DNA of 64,000 nt, taken from Candidatus Omnitrophota bacterium (GTDB lineage: Bacteria > Omnitrophota > Gorgyraeia > VGKH01 > JBHPFN01). How positions within the stretch are numbered: the stretch's first letter is position 1; every line of letters starts with the position of its first letter. Below the pieces are notes generated by a model. That model was not told where the DNA came from, ran no database searches, and was given only the letters and a program-made list of their open reading frames with translations. Positions 37,051 to 47,034 of this stretch are shown here, one piece after another. The stretch is taken from NCBI GenBank assembly GCA_042571725.1, contig JBHPFN010000001.1, positions 71,218 to 135,217 of the forward strand, given 5' to 3'. The translations under genes and the position numbers were made by a program.

Positions 37051-37347
37051 TCATAACGCTTGTTTGTACGCATCAACAATGCTATAAACTCCTACTATGC
37101 AGGCAATAATAATCCCTACTACCAAAAGTACTATTCCTATAATAACCTCTGCAAAAGGGTATGTTGAAAACAGCAACCAATGACCGATAAAAACACCGCC
37201 GACAATAATGAGAATCATACTGACGACCGAAATACTCATAATCGTAAGGCCTTTTCTAATGTCTCCCACGTAAAGCTGTCCAAGGCCGTTAAAAATAAAT
37301 GAAAATACCGCTGCAAGCCCTGCGCGGTGCCTGATATCATCCATCAA
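37051..37347 (-). CDS. Small integral membrane protein (2-3 TM), function unknown
   Basis: Hydrophobic 98-aa ORF. Confidence 0.4.
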   Translation of the reverse strand: MMDDIRHRAGLAAVFSFIFNGLGQLYVGDIRKGLTIMSISVVSMILIIVGGVFIGHWLLFSTYPFAEVIIGIVLLVVGIIIACIVGVYSIVDAYKQAL

Positions 37348-37385
37348 TTACCACTCCCCTGTCTCCTGCTTATAAAACTTTGCAA

Positions 37386-38339
37386 TTAGGTAATTTCGAT
37401 CTGCTTACTTTGTTCGACGCTGATGAGTTTATCAGAGAATTTTTCTAAACGTTTTTCTGCTTCGGTATATTTCTCGGCTGCATTTTTAATATGCACCCCT
37501 ACAACCCTAAAGGCATCGCTAAATTTATTTAAATCCCCCTGTAATCGACTTAAACTTGCAATAATGGCTTTGACATTACTTTCAATCTTCATGCCGCGTA
37601 AACCCAGGCAGATGACCTGCAAATATGCGTAGAATGTATTGGGAGAGACCGGAATGACTTTTTTTGAAAGCGCATAATTCAGAAAATCCCCCTTAATAAT
37701 TGTCTCATAATAGACATTTTCTGCCATGATATACATCAGGGCGAAATCAAACGTTCCCTCATCCGGTAGAATGTATTTCGTCGATATTTCATCAACGCGG
37801 TTCTTCACGTCTTTAATAAAGTGTTTCCGAAACACGCTCTTTTCTTCTTCGCTAGCAGCCTCGAGCATTTTTCTGAAGTTTTCCAGTGAAAATTTTGAAT
37901 CTACAGGTACAAGATGACCGGCTAATTTAATAACGGCATCGACTGCATCTCCTGACTTGAAACGGTACTGAAGTTTAAAATTATCCTTAGGTAATACCTG
38001 GGCAATGATATTTTCCAACATAGTCTCGCCAATCTCTCCGCGGAACTTTGGCGCACGTAAAAGCTCTTGAAGGCTCGATATATCTCTTCCAACAGCAAGA
38101 AGCTGCTTGTTAGCTTCCTGCAATTGACCGAGACTACTCGCAACATCACCGAAAACCTTAAGCTGATCACCGATAGTCTTATTTGTCTGGCACATAGCAT
38201 CGGTTGTATCTTTCAGCCGCTGGTTTAATTCTGAGCGCAGGACGTTGATTTGATTATTCATCTCTGATGAAATCTTCAATACAAATGCAACGATAATGCC
38301 CGTGGTCACAAGCGATGCTGCGATGATAATCCATATCAT
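37386..38339 (-). CDS. rmuC: DNA recombination protein RmuC
   Basis: N-terminal TM, coiled coil, C-terminal RmuC-like region (ILPDEGTFDFALMYIMAENVYYE). Confidence 0.6.
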   Translation of the reverse strand: MIWIIIAASLVTTGIIVAFVLKISSEMNNQINVLRSELNQRLKDTTDAMCQTNKTIGDQLKVFGDVASSLGQLQEANKQLLAVGRDISSLQELLRAPKFRGEIGETMLENIIAQVLPKDNFKLQYRFKSGDAVDAVIKLAGHLVPVDSKFSLENFRKMLEAASEEEKSVFRKHFIKDVKNRVDEISTKYILPDEGTFDFALMYIMAENVYYETIIKGDFLNYALSKKVIPVSPNTFYAYLQVICLGLRGMKIESNVKAIIASLSRLQGDLNKFSDAFRVVGVHIKNAAEKYTEAEKRLEKFSDKLISVEQSKQIEIT

Positions 38340-38351
38340 AGTATGTGCTCC

Positions 38352-38732
38352 TTATGCGCTTTTTTCAAGTGTGATTGCTGAACCATCCTTTATCTTCTTA
38401 AATACCTCTGTATCGCCGTTGATCTTGCCGATAACATTAACAGAGCTTGCCGGCCGGATTTCAGAATCTGAGCTTATCGGAGTCTGTCCAAAGAATATAC
38501 AGAATGCCGGACCCTGTGGCCAATAGCCCAGATCACCTAACTGCACAACATCCTTGGCAAAATCTTTTTCTAAATCTGCCATTACAGGAATATTGAAATA
38601 GATTTCCTCTCCCCAGATATTGACGCGTGATTCAATCGGCAGGCGATCATAAATTGCCCTGGCGGTTTTTGAATCGTTAAGTTGTGCTTTTGCTTTTACT
38701 GTATTGACCTTAATAAAAATCTCTTGCGACAT
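38352..38732 (-). CDS. Cyclophilin-like fold protein (DUF3830-like)
   Basis: 126-aa protein. Weak resemblance to the DUF3830 cyclophilin-like family. Confidence 0.4.
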   Translation of the reverse strand: MSQEIFIKVNTVKAKAQLNDSKTARAIYDRLPIESRVNIWGEEIYFNIPVMADLEKDFAKDVVQLGDLGYWPQGPAFCIFFGQTPISSDSEIRPASSVNVIGKINGDTEVFKKIKDGSAITLEKSA

Positions 38733-38747
38733 CTCTAAAGGCGGCGT

Positions 38748-39164
38748 TTAAGAAGACTGGTTTTTCTCAAGAGTTTCAATGATTTGCTTAATCCGTTCTT
38801 GACTCTGCTTCTGCAATACATCTCTTACAAAATCAGAGGTCTTAATGGCATCCTCAGAAGACATATAGCTAAACTGTATGCCGGTTGAATAGTATTTCTT
38901 TTTACTTGTCGGCACATAGGCGCAGGATGATTGCCATACTATTTTTCCTTTTGCTAATACAGGTCTTTCCTTTTCAAAAACGTGAATATGCATCTCTATC
39001 CTGTCACCCTTCTCTAGCGCATGAGGCATAATGATATTAATGCCGGTAGAGCTAATATTCTTTGAATAAGCGATTCCCTCTACCACTAATGCCTTTGATA
39101 CCTTGTACGACACCTTTAAAACAGCGTTGGCTCTTAAGAGTCTTCTGAATTCAAAGGTTGGCAT
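38748..39164 (-). CDS. PilZ-domain protein (c-di-GMP receptor-like)
   Basis: RxxxR...D.S.GG-type PilZ arrangement (RRLLRANAV...SSTGINI). Confidence 0.5.
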   Translation of the reverse strand: MPTFEFRRLLRANAVLKVSYKVSKALVVEGIAYSKNISSTGINIIMPHALEKGDRIEMHIHVFEKERPVLAKGKIVWQSSCAYVPTSKKKYYSTGIQFSYMSSEDAIKTSDFVRDVLQKQSQERIKQIIETLEKNQSS

Positions 39165-39287
39165 GGTGCTACTCCTTTATTATCACAATCAACCGTTTCT
39201 TCGTATTGTTACAGCAAGCTATATTATATGTCTATAAAGCTTTTATATAAAGTATTTTTATTGTAGGGATACAATGAGCGAAGCGCG

Positions 39288-40184
39288 CTATTTAGGAACA
39301 ATAGTGTATTTTTTCAAGAGCCGTACAGGATTATAGGATAGCTTTGCCTTGCGTAAGCCCGCCACTCCAACGTCTTGCTCGCGGTTAATAAACGTTGCGC
39401 GTGTTGCCTCATTGCGCAAAAATTCCCAGTGAATCGTCTGGTATAACCCCACCATATCCGCGCGCGCCTTTTCTATATGCACCACAAAGGTATCGTTATT
39501 TAAAAATTCCCCGAAAGCCAAAGCAATAACTTTCCCATCAAGTTCAATAGCGCCTCCAACCGCATCAAGCGAATCAATGTTGCGCAAAAGCTTCTTTACC
39601 GCCCTGTTCTCCTTCGCTAGCCCTTCGTAAATATCACACTGCTTCATAGTGCACCACTCGTCTATAAAAGCAAATCCCTTTTTATGATCGTCAGTACAGC
39701 ATCGCAGATAGGAATAGGTGTGCTGTTTTGTAAATTGTCGAATGAGATTCTTTTTATCATGGAATTTTTGTGAAGGCAGCTCGATAAGGTCTTTTGCAGA
39801 ATATATATAATCGAAATTATCTCTGTCTTCAACGAAGGTAAAAGCTTTTTTGTCGAGCTGGGCGTGTTCGATGAAATCTTCTCCAGCGCGACGAAATGAA
39901 GGAGTAGGCGTCTTAGCTTTCAAGTAATCAAAACAAGTTGCTATTGTTTTGGGATAATTACTTGAAACTAATGGCTGCAAAAAAGCAGGCGTGTTGTCGA
40001 ATGTCGCAGAAATAAGTAAACTATCCTCGAATTGGCTTATCTGAAAATCGTGAATCTCCTGCCAAATAAAAAGATTAGTGAAATTAAGCTCGGAGATAAC
40101 CGGAGGATTACCGCGAAAATAGTCATCGATGATTGGCTTATCTTCGAGAGTGATAGGTTTAAATGTGGGAAAGCGAGGAATCAT
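39288..40184 (-). CDS. Hypothetical protein, possibly DUF2156 (MprF C-terminal-like) family
   Basis: 298 aa, soluble. Weak family resemblance only. Confidence 0.3.
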   Translation of the reverse strand: MIPRFPTFKPITLEDKPIIDDYFRGNPPVISELNFTNLFIWQEIHDFQISQFEDSLLISATFDNTPAFLQPLVSSNYPKTIATCFDYLKAKTPTPSFRRAGEDFIEHAQLDKKAFTFVEDRDNFDYIYSAKDLIELPSQKFHDKKNLIRQFTKQHTYSYLRCCTDDHKKGFAFIDEWCTMKQCDIYEGLAKENRAVKKLLRNIDSLDAVGGAIELDGKVIALAFGEFLNNDTFVVHIEKARADMVGLYQTIHWEFLRNEATRATFINREQDVGVAGLRKAKLSYNPVRLLKKYTIVPK

Positions 40185-41365
40185 TATCTCTTCAATAATG
40201 CAGCAATCTGCGCATCTTTTTCAAACGCACTTGTTTTCCACGATGCGATTATTTTATTTCTATGCTTCTTCCAAAGTGAGACGTAGGTATCCCAGCCATA
40301 GAACGGTCCTTGCCTGTTAACCCACGGTGGATTTTCATTGTAGTGATATAATCCGTCTGGGAAAATGCTATTTTTAACTGCCTTGTATGTCCAGTAGGTC
40401 CAATGAAAATTGCACTCATTAAATATTTTGAGTAAGTCTTTTAGATGATTCATCTCGCCGCATGTATTGCTGCGTGAATTCACTCCAAATTCCCCTATGA
40501 GAATTGGCGCTTTTAATTTTCTGGCTAAACGCGCGTACGACATAAGGTAGCGTCGGTATCTACTCATATGCCACCCGTTGGTAGTACTTCCATTAACATA
40601 CCGTAAGCTCGGCACAAAATTAAAACAAAAATCAATTGGTTGATATGCATGAAGGCTGAATGCAATATTATCGTCTTTGGGTCTTTTAAGATGCTGTAAA
40701 TCCTGCGCCCAGTCTCCCGGCTCTAAAAAAAGTATATGATTCTTATCGATCTTTCTGATTTCAAAAATTAACTCTTTATAAAAAGTATTAAGAGAAGCAT
40801 TGTCAATAATCGGTTCGTTAATCAGATCGTATCCCGCAATTGTCTCCTCGTCTTTAAATACGCCGGCGAGATAACGCCACAATGCGATAGTTCTTTTTTT
40901 ATTAGTGGCACTTGTCCACAGCAAAGCCCTTCCCTTGCTATCTGAATGCCAGTCTTGATTTTGACTACCTGGACAGCCGTGAAGATCTAAAATTATCCAA
41001 AGTTTATATTTTTTGGCCCACGCGATAGCCTTTTGCAAATACGACAAACCTTTCTTGCTATAGCTGTATGGTTTTTTCTCAATAAGCTTATGATTAAAGG
41101 GGAGCCGAACACAATTAAAACCTAAAGAAGAAATATTTTTGTAATCTGTTTCTTGAATAAACGTTTCTCTAAAGCTCTTCTCAAAATCGAGCAAGGCTTT
41201 CTTGCCTAACTCGCGTTTAAATTTACTTTTAAAAACACACGCTGCTATGATAGGCGCATACAGAATGTAGCCTTCCATCATCAGCCATCCGCCTAGATTA
41301 ACCCCTCTTAGCATAAGAGGTTTTCCAGCTTCATTTACAAGGAAATTGTTTTTTATCCTTAGCAT
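40184..41365 (-). CDS. Glycoside hydrolase family 5 (cellulase-like)
   Basis: LINEP catalytic acid/base motif and GEFG nucleophile region. Confidence 0.65.
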   Translation of the reverse strand: MLRIKNNFLVNEAGKPLMLRGVNLGGWLMMEGYILYAPIIAACVFKSKFKRELGKKALLDFEKSFRETFIQETDYKNISSLGFNCVRLPFNHKLIEKKPYSYSKKGLSYLQKAIAWAKKYKLWIILDLHGCPGSQNQDWHSDSKGRALLWTSATNKKRTIALWRYLAGVFKDEETIAGYDLINEPIIDNASLNTFYKELIFEIRKIDKNHILFLEPGDWAQDLQHLKRPKDDNIAFSLHAYQPIDFCFNFVPSLRYVNGSTTNGWHMSRYRRYLMSYARLARKLKAPILIGEFGVNSRSNTCGEMNHLKDLLKIFNECNFHWTYWTYKAVKNSIFPDGLYHYNENPPWVNRQGPFYGWDTYVSLWKKHRNKIIASWKTSAFEKDAQIAALLKR

Positions 41366-41384
41366 AGCGTGCTTTTTGTAATGA

Positions 41385-41927
41385 TTAACTCACCGGCGCA
41401 GAAGAAGGAGGATTTTCTTCTAACACTTTCTTAATATTGCGTATCATCCACTTGAGCGAAATAAAAATTACAATGGTACCAATACTTGGAATAGCTCTGT
41501 TTAAGAGAAAGCTTATTGCAATGATGGCTCCCGGGGCATAAGGTTTCATGTTTAATGAAGGGGCGTTGACATTGATAAACTTAACTACCTCCGACGGCCA
41601 TTTAAAAATCCAATAGAGATTATAAAACGGCAAGAAATGAAAACCCACCGCCCTGCGTGGTGTAATGGGATAAGTATTATCGGTAGCTTGAAACAGAACT
41701 TTGTGTATTTTATACACACAAACAAGCCAATAGATAAATGCCCCTAGCGAAATGAGCACATAGGGGATATCAAGTAGAGGAATGGAGCTTTCCTCGCTCA
41801 GGGCTGCTGATGCGATCATTACTGTTGCAATTGCCTCCAAGAGAAAAAGAACGACTCCGGCAACATATCCCACCCATATCTGCGGGAGTGTTGCTGTTTT
41901 TTCTTGTTTGATATTTTCTTCAACCAT
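41385..41927 (-). CDS. Hypothetical membrane protein (4-5 TM)
   Basis: Hydrophobic ORF. 1-nt start/stop overlap with the upstream gene. Confidence 0.4.
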   Translation of the reverse strand: MVEENIKQEKTATLPQIWVGYVAGVVLFLLEAIATVMIASAALSEESSIPLLDIPYVLISLGAFIYWLVCVYKIHKVLFQATDNTYPITPRRAVGFHFLPFYNLYWIFKWPSEVVKFINVNAPSLNMKPYAPGAIIAISFLLNRAIPSIGTIVIFISLKWMIRNIKKVLEENPPSSAPVS

Positions 41928-42556
41928 TACACCCTCCTTTGTTTTATTTTGTATATATCATCTCCTGTTGCTACAGGCTTGTCCCAATCGATACTACCAG
42001 AAGATTTTACTAAAGCAAGGTTATACCCTGCTAGTATTACCCCAATAGAAACACCAATCCTGCGGTCAAGCATTTTCTGCTTATCGCCTGAGAAATCCAT
42101 AATATACGGCCCTGATACCCGCGACAGCCTAAACGTAGAAGCTGCGCTGTAAAAAGAAGCTATCTTTTTGTTTCTGACGACGATATCAATGTGCGTGAGC
42201 CTATCGCTTATACTTTCCGATTGCACTCTGCCTATTTCCTGCTTGAAGATATCTTTAATAATAAAATTTATCCAAGAAATCGGCTGCTTCTCTCCTTCCA
42301 GATACGCAAGAGGGGCATGAGACCTATCGGTAATTACATAGTTATACCCGATCGCCATCAATCCACTTTTTATTTTCCACGAAATGTCTAACGCAGGCAC
42401 ATTAGAAGATTGAGAATCAAAAATAGATAATATATTTTTTACAAACGGCTTTACCGCTTGAAAAAGGAATTCACCGCTCTCGCTTGAAATGATAACTTTT
42501 GAAGGAAATTTCTTCTTGAGAATATATTTATCCAATGAAAATTTATCTGCAATCAT
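41927..42556 (-). CDS. Hypothetical protein (209 aa)
   Basis: No motif recognised. Translationally coupled to the downstream membrane protein. Confidence 0.35.
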   Translation of the reverse strand: MIADKFSLDKYILKKKFPSKVIISSESGEFLFQAVKPFVKNILSIFDSQSSNVPALDISWKIKSGLMAIGYNYVITDRSHAPLAYLEGEKQPISWINFIIKDIFKQEIGRVQSESISDRLTHIDIVVRNKKIASFYSAASTFRLSRVSGPYIMDFSGDKQKMLDRRIGVSIGVILAGYNLALVKSSGSIDWDKPVATGDDIYKIKQRRV

Positions 42557-42601
42557 AAAAAGCTCCCTATCTCTCCCTCTTCTAAACGCACTCTACGTTC
42601 A

Positions 42602-43348
42602 TTATAATAGATAATCTTTTTTAATTCTACGAATACTCTTAAAAATATTCCGCTTTACTTGGCGATCGTGCCGAAACACTTCTTGTATCACTTTCTCTAC
42701 CACAACACGCTTAGAATCAATGGCACTCGAACACCTGCATGTCTTATAGGAAAAATCTCGAGAAAGATCCGCAAAGCGCGCCAACTCTTTCTCTTCAATA
42801 TACGCCAGAGGCCTGATAATCGCGACCTCTCCCTCAAATAATTCCTGCCTTGGCTTCATCGCACTTATCTGACCCTGATAAAAAAGATTGAGCAGCACAG
42901 TCTCGACGATATCATCCATGTGATGACCCAAGGCTATCTTATTATACTTTTTCTTGTCAGCTAGCTGAAATAAAACCTTGCGCCGGTTCCAGGAACACCA
43001 GAAACAATTGAAGCTCTCTCTCGCAGCGGATTTTAGCGCATTGCTTTTTTTCACACAATACTTAACCCCTATCTTTTTACAAAATGCAGCTAACCGGTCT
43101 GACTGCCGTTTAGACTTACCAAAATCTATGTGGACTGCCAAAAGATCGAATTGTATCGGTACGAAGCTTTGGCGAAATTTAAGCAACTTAAGAAGCGCAA
43201 GGCTGTCTTTTCCACCTGAAACTGCCACGAGAATCTTATCTTTATCTTGCAGCATATCGTAATCGGCTATTGCCTTACCAACTTTTTTAGAAAGAAAGTA
43301 TTTTAGTTTTTTAACATGCTGGGTATGCGTAGTTTTTTTGGTAGGCAT
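42602..43348 (-). CDS. PP-loop ATPase, TtcA/TilS-like tRNA-modifying enzyme
   Basis: SGGKDS PP-loop and CxxC motifs (CRCSS, CFWCSW). Confidence 0.6.
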   Translation of the reverse strand: MPTKKTTHTQHVKKLKYFLSKKVGKAIADYDMLQDKDKILVAVSGGKDSLALLKLLKFRQSFVPIQFDLLAVHIDFGKSKRQSDRLAAFCKKIGVKYCVKKSNALKSAARESFNCFWCSWNRRKVLFQLADKKKYNKIALGHHMDDIVETVLLNLFYQGQISAMKPRQELFEGEVAIIRPLAYIEEKELARFADLSRDFSYKTCRCSSAIDSKRVVVEKVIQEVFRHDRQVKRNIFKSIRRIKKDYLL

Positions 43349-43351
43349 AGG

Positions 43352-46093
43352 TTAGTGATTATAAAAGAGGGATTCTACGTGTCGCTCAATTGCCGAGGCA
43401 ATTGCCTGATAATCATCAGTTATTCCGCTTGCCTTGCCTTCAGACAACAACTGCTCGGGCTCAAGAGGCTCTCCAAATACGATAGTAATGGGAAAGGGTC
43501 TCGGGAAACGCCTAGTTCTTGGCCAGGCTTGAAAACTACCAATAATTGCAACGGGAATGATTTTTATTTTTTCTGAAGCTTTGTGTTCTCCAGAAGAGGC
43601 AACCTTTAATTCTTTTGCCAAAATCCCAACACCTTTTTTAAATTCAGTGGGTTTGCCTTCGAACGAACGAAGGCCCTCCGGAAAGATGCAGAGCATTTTA
43701 TTGTGACGCAGAATATAACTTGAAATCTGCAATGTGTGCATCATCTCTTTAGTAGGATCAATTGGCACCATGCGAGCCATCTTAAGCCCCCAGCGAAGAA
43801 GCGGATGCTCAAAGATATTTTTATCCCCTAGAAAATAGAGGTTAATAACCGTTTTAAACGGTGCGGCACATGCAATTAATAAACCGTCCAAATAGCTGGC
43901 ATGGTTTGGACACAACACATAGATTCCCTCTGTGGGAAGATTTGTTCTACCTTTGACCTTCAGCAAGAAGAAAATCTTAAATACAACAAATAGTAGCTTA
44001 GGAAAAATAAAGCTAAGAAGCTTGTCAAATGGGTTAGGATGTAGACCGATTTTGGCCACCTGTTCTTCAGGAGGAGGAATATCTAATGTGCTTGACCATG
44101 AAAACGCTTGTTTATCCTTTTTACCCCTCACTCCCTCAGAAATAACTAATTCGTTTAACTTAGTAATAAGCTCTCGTACGGTAAAGACTTCATCGATGAC
44201 CGATTCGGGAATCTCGATATCAAAAACATTCTCTAGACCTAACCCAAGCTCAACCCTCGCAAGGGAATCGAGGCCTAAATCTATTTCGAGGTGATCATCG
44301 AGCTTAATTTCTTTTTCTACCGAAAGCTCTTTTAAGAAAAATGCGATTACTTTTTTTCCAATTTCAGTATCTAAAATGTTGGCATCTTCCGCCGTAGCAC
44401 TCTGCGTATCCTCGGTAGACTGCTGTTTATCAATAAACTTGTTTTGATATTTCGCTTTTACTTCGTAGCGCTTTAATTTTCCTAAGCGCGTCTTGGGCAA
44501 CTCCTCCGAAGCAATGATAAAATCGTTTATCCGTTTATACGAAGGTAATTTGGAAGAAAAATTCTCTAGCTCCCACTTTATCTTCCTGTTTACATTGGCG
44601 TCCTTGATTTGCTTAAAGTACTCGAAGTCAGGCACCACCACAGAAGCCAGCACATCGTTTCCCTCTGCATTCTTTACCGAAAGGATACAAATCTCTTTGA
44701 TAAAGTTACTCTTCTTAAAATAGTTTTCAATCTCTTCCGGATAAATATTCTTTCCGGAGCTTAATACAATCATCTCTTTGATTCTTCCGGTAATAAAAAT
44801 AAATCCGTCTTTATCAATACAGCCCGAATCACCGGAATAAAACCAATTGTCTTTTATTACCTTATCTGTCTGCTCTTGATTCTTGTAATACCCTCCCATA
44901 ATATTATCGCCGGCGATAAGGATTTCTCCTTTGTCGCCAATCTTTACCGAGACCCCATCAATAGATCTTCCGACTGAGCCAATTTTGTATTTTTTAGGAA
45001 GATTAAAACTTACCACAGGAGATGTTTCTGTTAAGCCATAGCCCTCAAGAATGGTGAAGCCTAATTTAAAAAAGTCTTTTGCAACCCGAGGATTAAGCTT
45101 AGCACCACCACTTACAAAATACCGAAAACTACTGCCAAATTGCTTGTGCAAAGGCTTCAAGAGTGGCTTAGCAAGATTAATGCCAGTTATTCGCCTCAAT
45201 GGCCACAAAACAGTCGTCAATACCTTGACGAATATTTGCTTAAGAACAGATTGACTCTTCATCTTGTTGAAGATGCCTTTATGGAACAAGGTGTACAGTT
45301 CCGGTACCCCCATAAAGACAGTAACAGAGGCCTTGCGCAAACAATCCATGAGGTCTTCGCTTTTAAGACTCTTGGGATAGACTATTCTTGCACCCATAAA
45401 CAGCGGGAAAAGAAGCGTTGCAGTAAATGCAAAGACATGATGCAGCGGCAGAATGGAAATAAAACAATCGGTCTTACTACAAAATTTGAGCCTCTCAAGG
45501 CTTGTGTAGTTCGACGAGAAATTTTTATGCGAAAGCACGACTCCTTTGGGTTTATCAGTGGTGCCGGAGGTGTAAATAATAGAAGCAGTATCCTCCAACG
45601 ATACTTTTGGAAACGCAACCGCAGCTCTTTTTTCAATAACATGATCAAAGGGAACAAAAGGCGACCTGCTGCTCTTTTTGTCTACTAACACAATCCTTTT
45701 TATGTTTGGTAAATTAGGCAGGCTCTTTTCAAAAAATGGCATAAATTTACTTGAGGTAAATACCACCTTTGTTTCAGAATCGGTAAGCAGGTTATATACT
45801 TCTAAATCTGAGAGTTTCACATCCATTGGCACAACGGTAGCGCCGGCAAACATACTGCCAAAATAAATCACCGGCCAACGAACACAATTATCCAGAATAA
45901 TTGCAACTTTATCTTGGGGTTTGACCCCAGAAGTTACTAACCATGTACCAATATGTTGGACAGAAGAAAGAATTTGCGAATAGGTATATTTCTGGCCGGT
46001 CTGCATTTCCATAAATGCCATAGTGTCAGCAAAACTATTGCAGACCTCAGTTAATCGTTCGTGTAGCAAAAAGGTACTAGACATGTGATCCAT
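43352..46093 (-). CDS. Tri-domain fusion: acyl-AMP ligase (acyl-CoA/ACP synthetase), acyl carrier protein domain, and PlsC-type lysophospholipid acyltransferase
   Basis: N-terminal AMP-binding TSGTTDKPKGV. Central LGLDSLARVEL phosphopantetheine site. C-terminal CPNHASYLDG (HX4D) acyltransferase motif. Confidence 0.75.
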   Translation of the reverse strand: MDHMSSTFLLHERLTEVCNSFADTMAFMEMQTGQKYTYSQILSSVQHIGTWLVTSGVKPQDKVAIILDNCVRWPVIYFGSMFAGATVVPMDVKLSDLEVYNLLTDSETKVVFTSSKFMPFFEKSLPNLPNIKRIVLVDKKSSRSPFVPFDHVIEKRAAVAFPKVSLEDTASIIYTSGTTDKPKGVVLSHKNFSSNYTSLERLKFCSKTDCFISILPLHHVFAFTATLLFPLFMGARIVYPKSLKSEDLMDCLRKASVTVFMGVPELYTLFHKGIFNKMKSQSVLKQIFVKVLTTVLWPLRRITGINLAKPLLKPLHKQFGSSFRYFVSGGAKLNPRVAKDFFKLGFTILEGYGLTETSPVVSFNLPKKYKIGSVGRSIDGVSVKIGDKGEILIAGDNIMGGYYKNQEQTDKVIKDNWFYSGDSGCIDKDGFIFITGRIKEMIVLSSGKNIYPEEIENYFKKSNFIKEICILSVKNAEGNDVLASVVVPDFEYFKQIKDANVNRKIKWELENFSSKLPSYKRINDFIIASEELPKTRLGKLKRYEVKAKYQNKFIDKQQSTEDTQSATAEDANILDTEIGKKVIAFFLKELSVEKEIKLDDHLEIDLGLDSLARVELGLGLENVFDIEIPESVIDEVFTVRELITKLNELVISEGVRGKKDKQAFSWSSTLDIPPPEEQVAKIGLHPNPFDKLLSFIFPKLLFVVFKIFFLLKVKGRTNLPTEGIYVLCPNHASYLDGLLIACAAPFKTVINLYFLGDKNIFEHPLLRWGLKMARMVPIDPTKEMMHTLQISSYILRHNKMLCIFPEGLRSFEGKPTEFKKGVGILAKELKVASSGEHKASEKIKIIPVAIIGSFQAWPRTRRFPRPFPITIVFGEPLEPEQLLSEGKASGITDDYQAIASAIERHVESLFYNH

Positions 46094-46101
46094 CCTCTAT
46101 G

Positions 46102-47034
46102 TTAAACAAATTCCTTATACTTGATACGTTTGTTAAATGTATCACGGCAACGCTTACACAGCGTCAATTGATACGAAACATAAATATCCTCTTCCAGTTG
46201 TTTGGGGTCAACCTGCTTCATTTGCTTTAAGAGATCTTTGAGCTCCTCTTGTGCATCTTTGCGCATGTCCTGCTCGGTAAATTCTACTTCTGGAGAGACA
46301 AAGAGTTCTATCTTTAGGACGTGGCGCGATTGCGGTTTCTCCAGCTTTCTTCCGCAAGAATCGCAGGCGTGCTTAATCTCTTTATTAATTTGTTTCAACG
46401 GACAGATATGGCAACGGGGCATCTTTTTGCAGATTTCTTTTCCCAGCCTTACAATAAGAGCATGATATTCGTTAAAGAGCTGAATATCATGTGATAGATT
46501 ATTCATAAAAAGATTTTGAATCTCCGAATACGTCGCGGTCTCCTCAATCAGATGATGTCGAGCAAGTATCCTTCTGGTATAAGCATCTACCACAAAAAGA
46601 GGCTTTTCTCCCGCATATAATAAAATAGAATCTGCAGTTTCCAAGCCGATGCCGTTTATGCTTAATAGTTCTGCGCGCAACTTCAGGAAATCTGTTTTAA
46701 ACATCCTATTAAGGTTTCCGCCATAACGTTCAAATAAAAAGTTGATAAAGTCTTTTAATCGCTGCGCTTTTACATTATAGTAACCAGCTGGCTTGATTAA
46801 TTGACCGAGGCGTTTTTCTGAAATGTCTCTGAGGCTTTGAGGGGAAAGTAACTTGTGGTTCTTTAGATTTTGTAGTGCTTTCTCGACATTGGTCCAGGCG
46901 GTATTTTGGGTAAGAATTGCTCCTACAATAACCTCAAATTTAGTATCGGCAGGCCACCACTTCTGGGGACCGAACCGCCCAAAAAGTTCTTTGTAGATAG
47001 ATTCTAAAATTGCTTTTCTCTGGGTGGATTTCAT
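46102..47034 (-). CDS. HhH-GPD (endonuclease III-related) domain protein with a C-terminal Cys-rich zinc-ribbon extension
   Basis: N-terminal ~215 aa match EndoIII-related glycosylases. C-terminal ~90 aa carry CDSCGRK...CKRC. Confidence 0.6.
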   Translation of the reverse strand: MKSTQRKAILESIYKELFGRFGPQKWWPADTKFEVIVGAILTQNTAWTNVEKALQNLKNHKLLSPQSLRDISEKRLGQLIKPAGYYNVKAQRLKDFINFLFERYGGNLNRMFKTDFLKLRAELLSINGIGLETADSILLYAGEKPLFVVDAYTRRILARHHLIEETATYSEIQNLFMNNLSHDIQLFNEYHALIVRLGKEICKKMPRCHICPLKQINKEIKHACDSCGRKLEKPQSRHVLKIELFVSPEVEFTEQDMRKDAQEELKDLLKQMKQVDPKQLEEDIYVSYQLTLCKRCRDTFNKRIKYKEFV

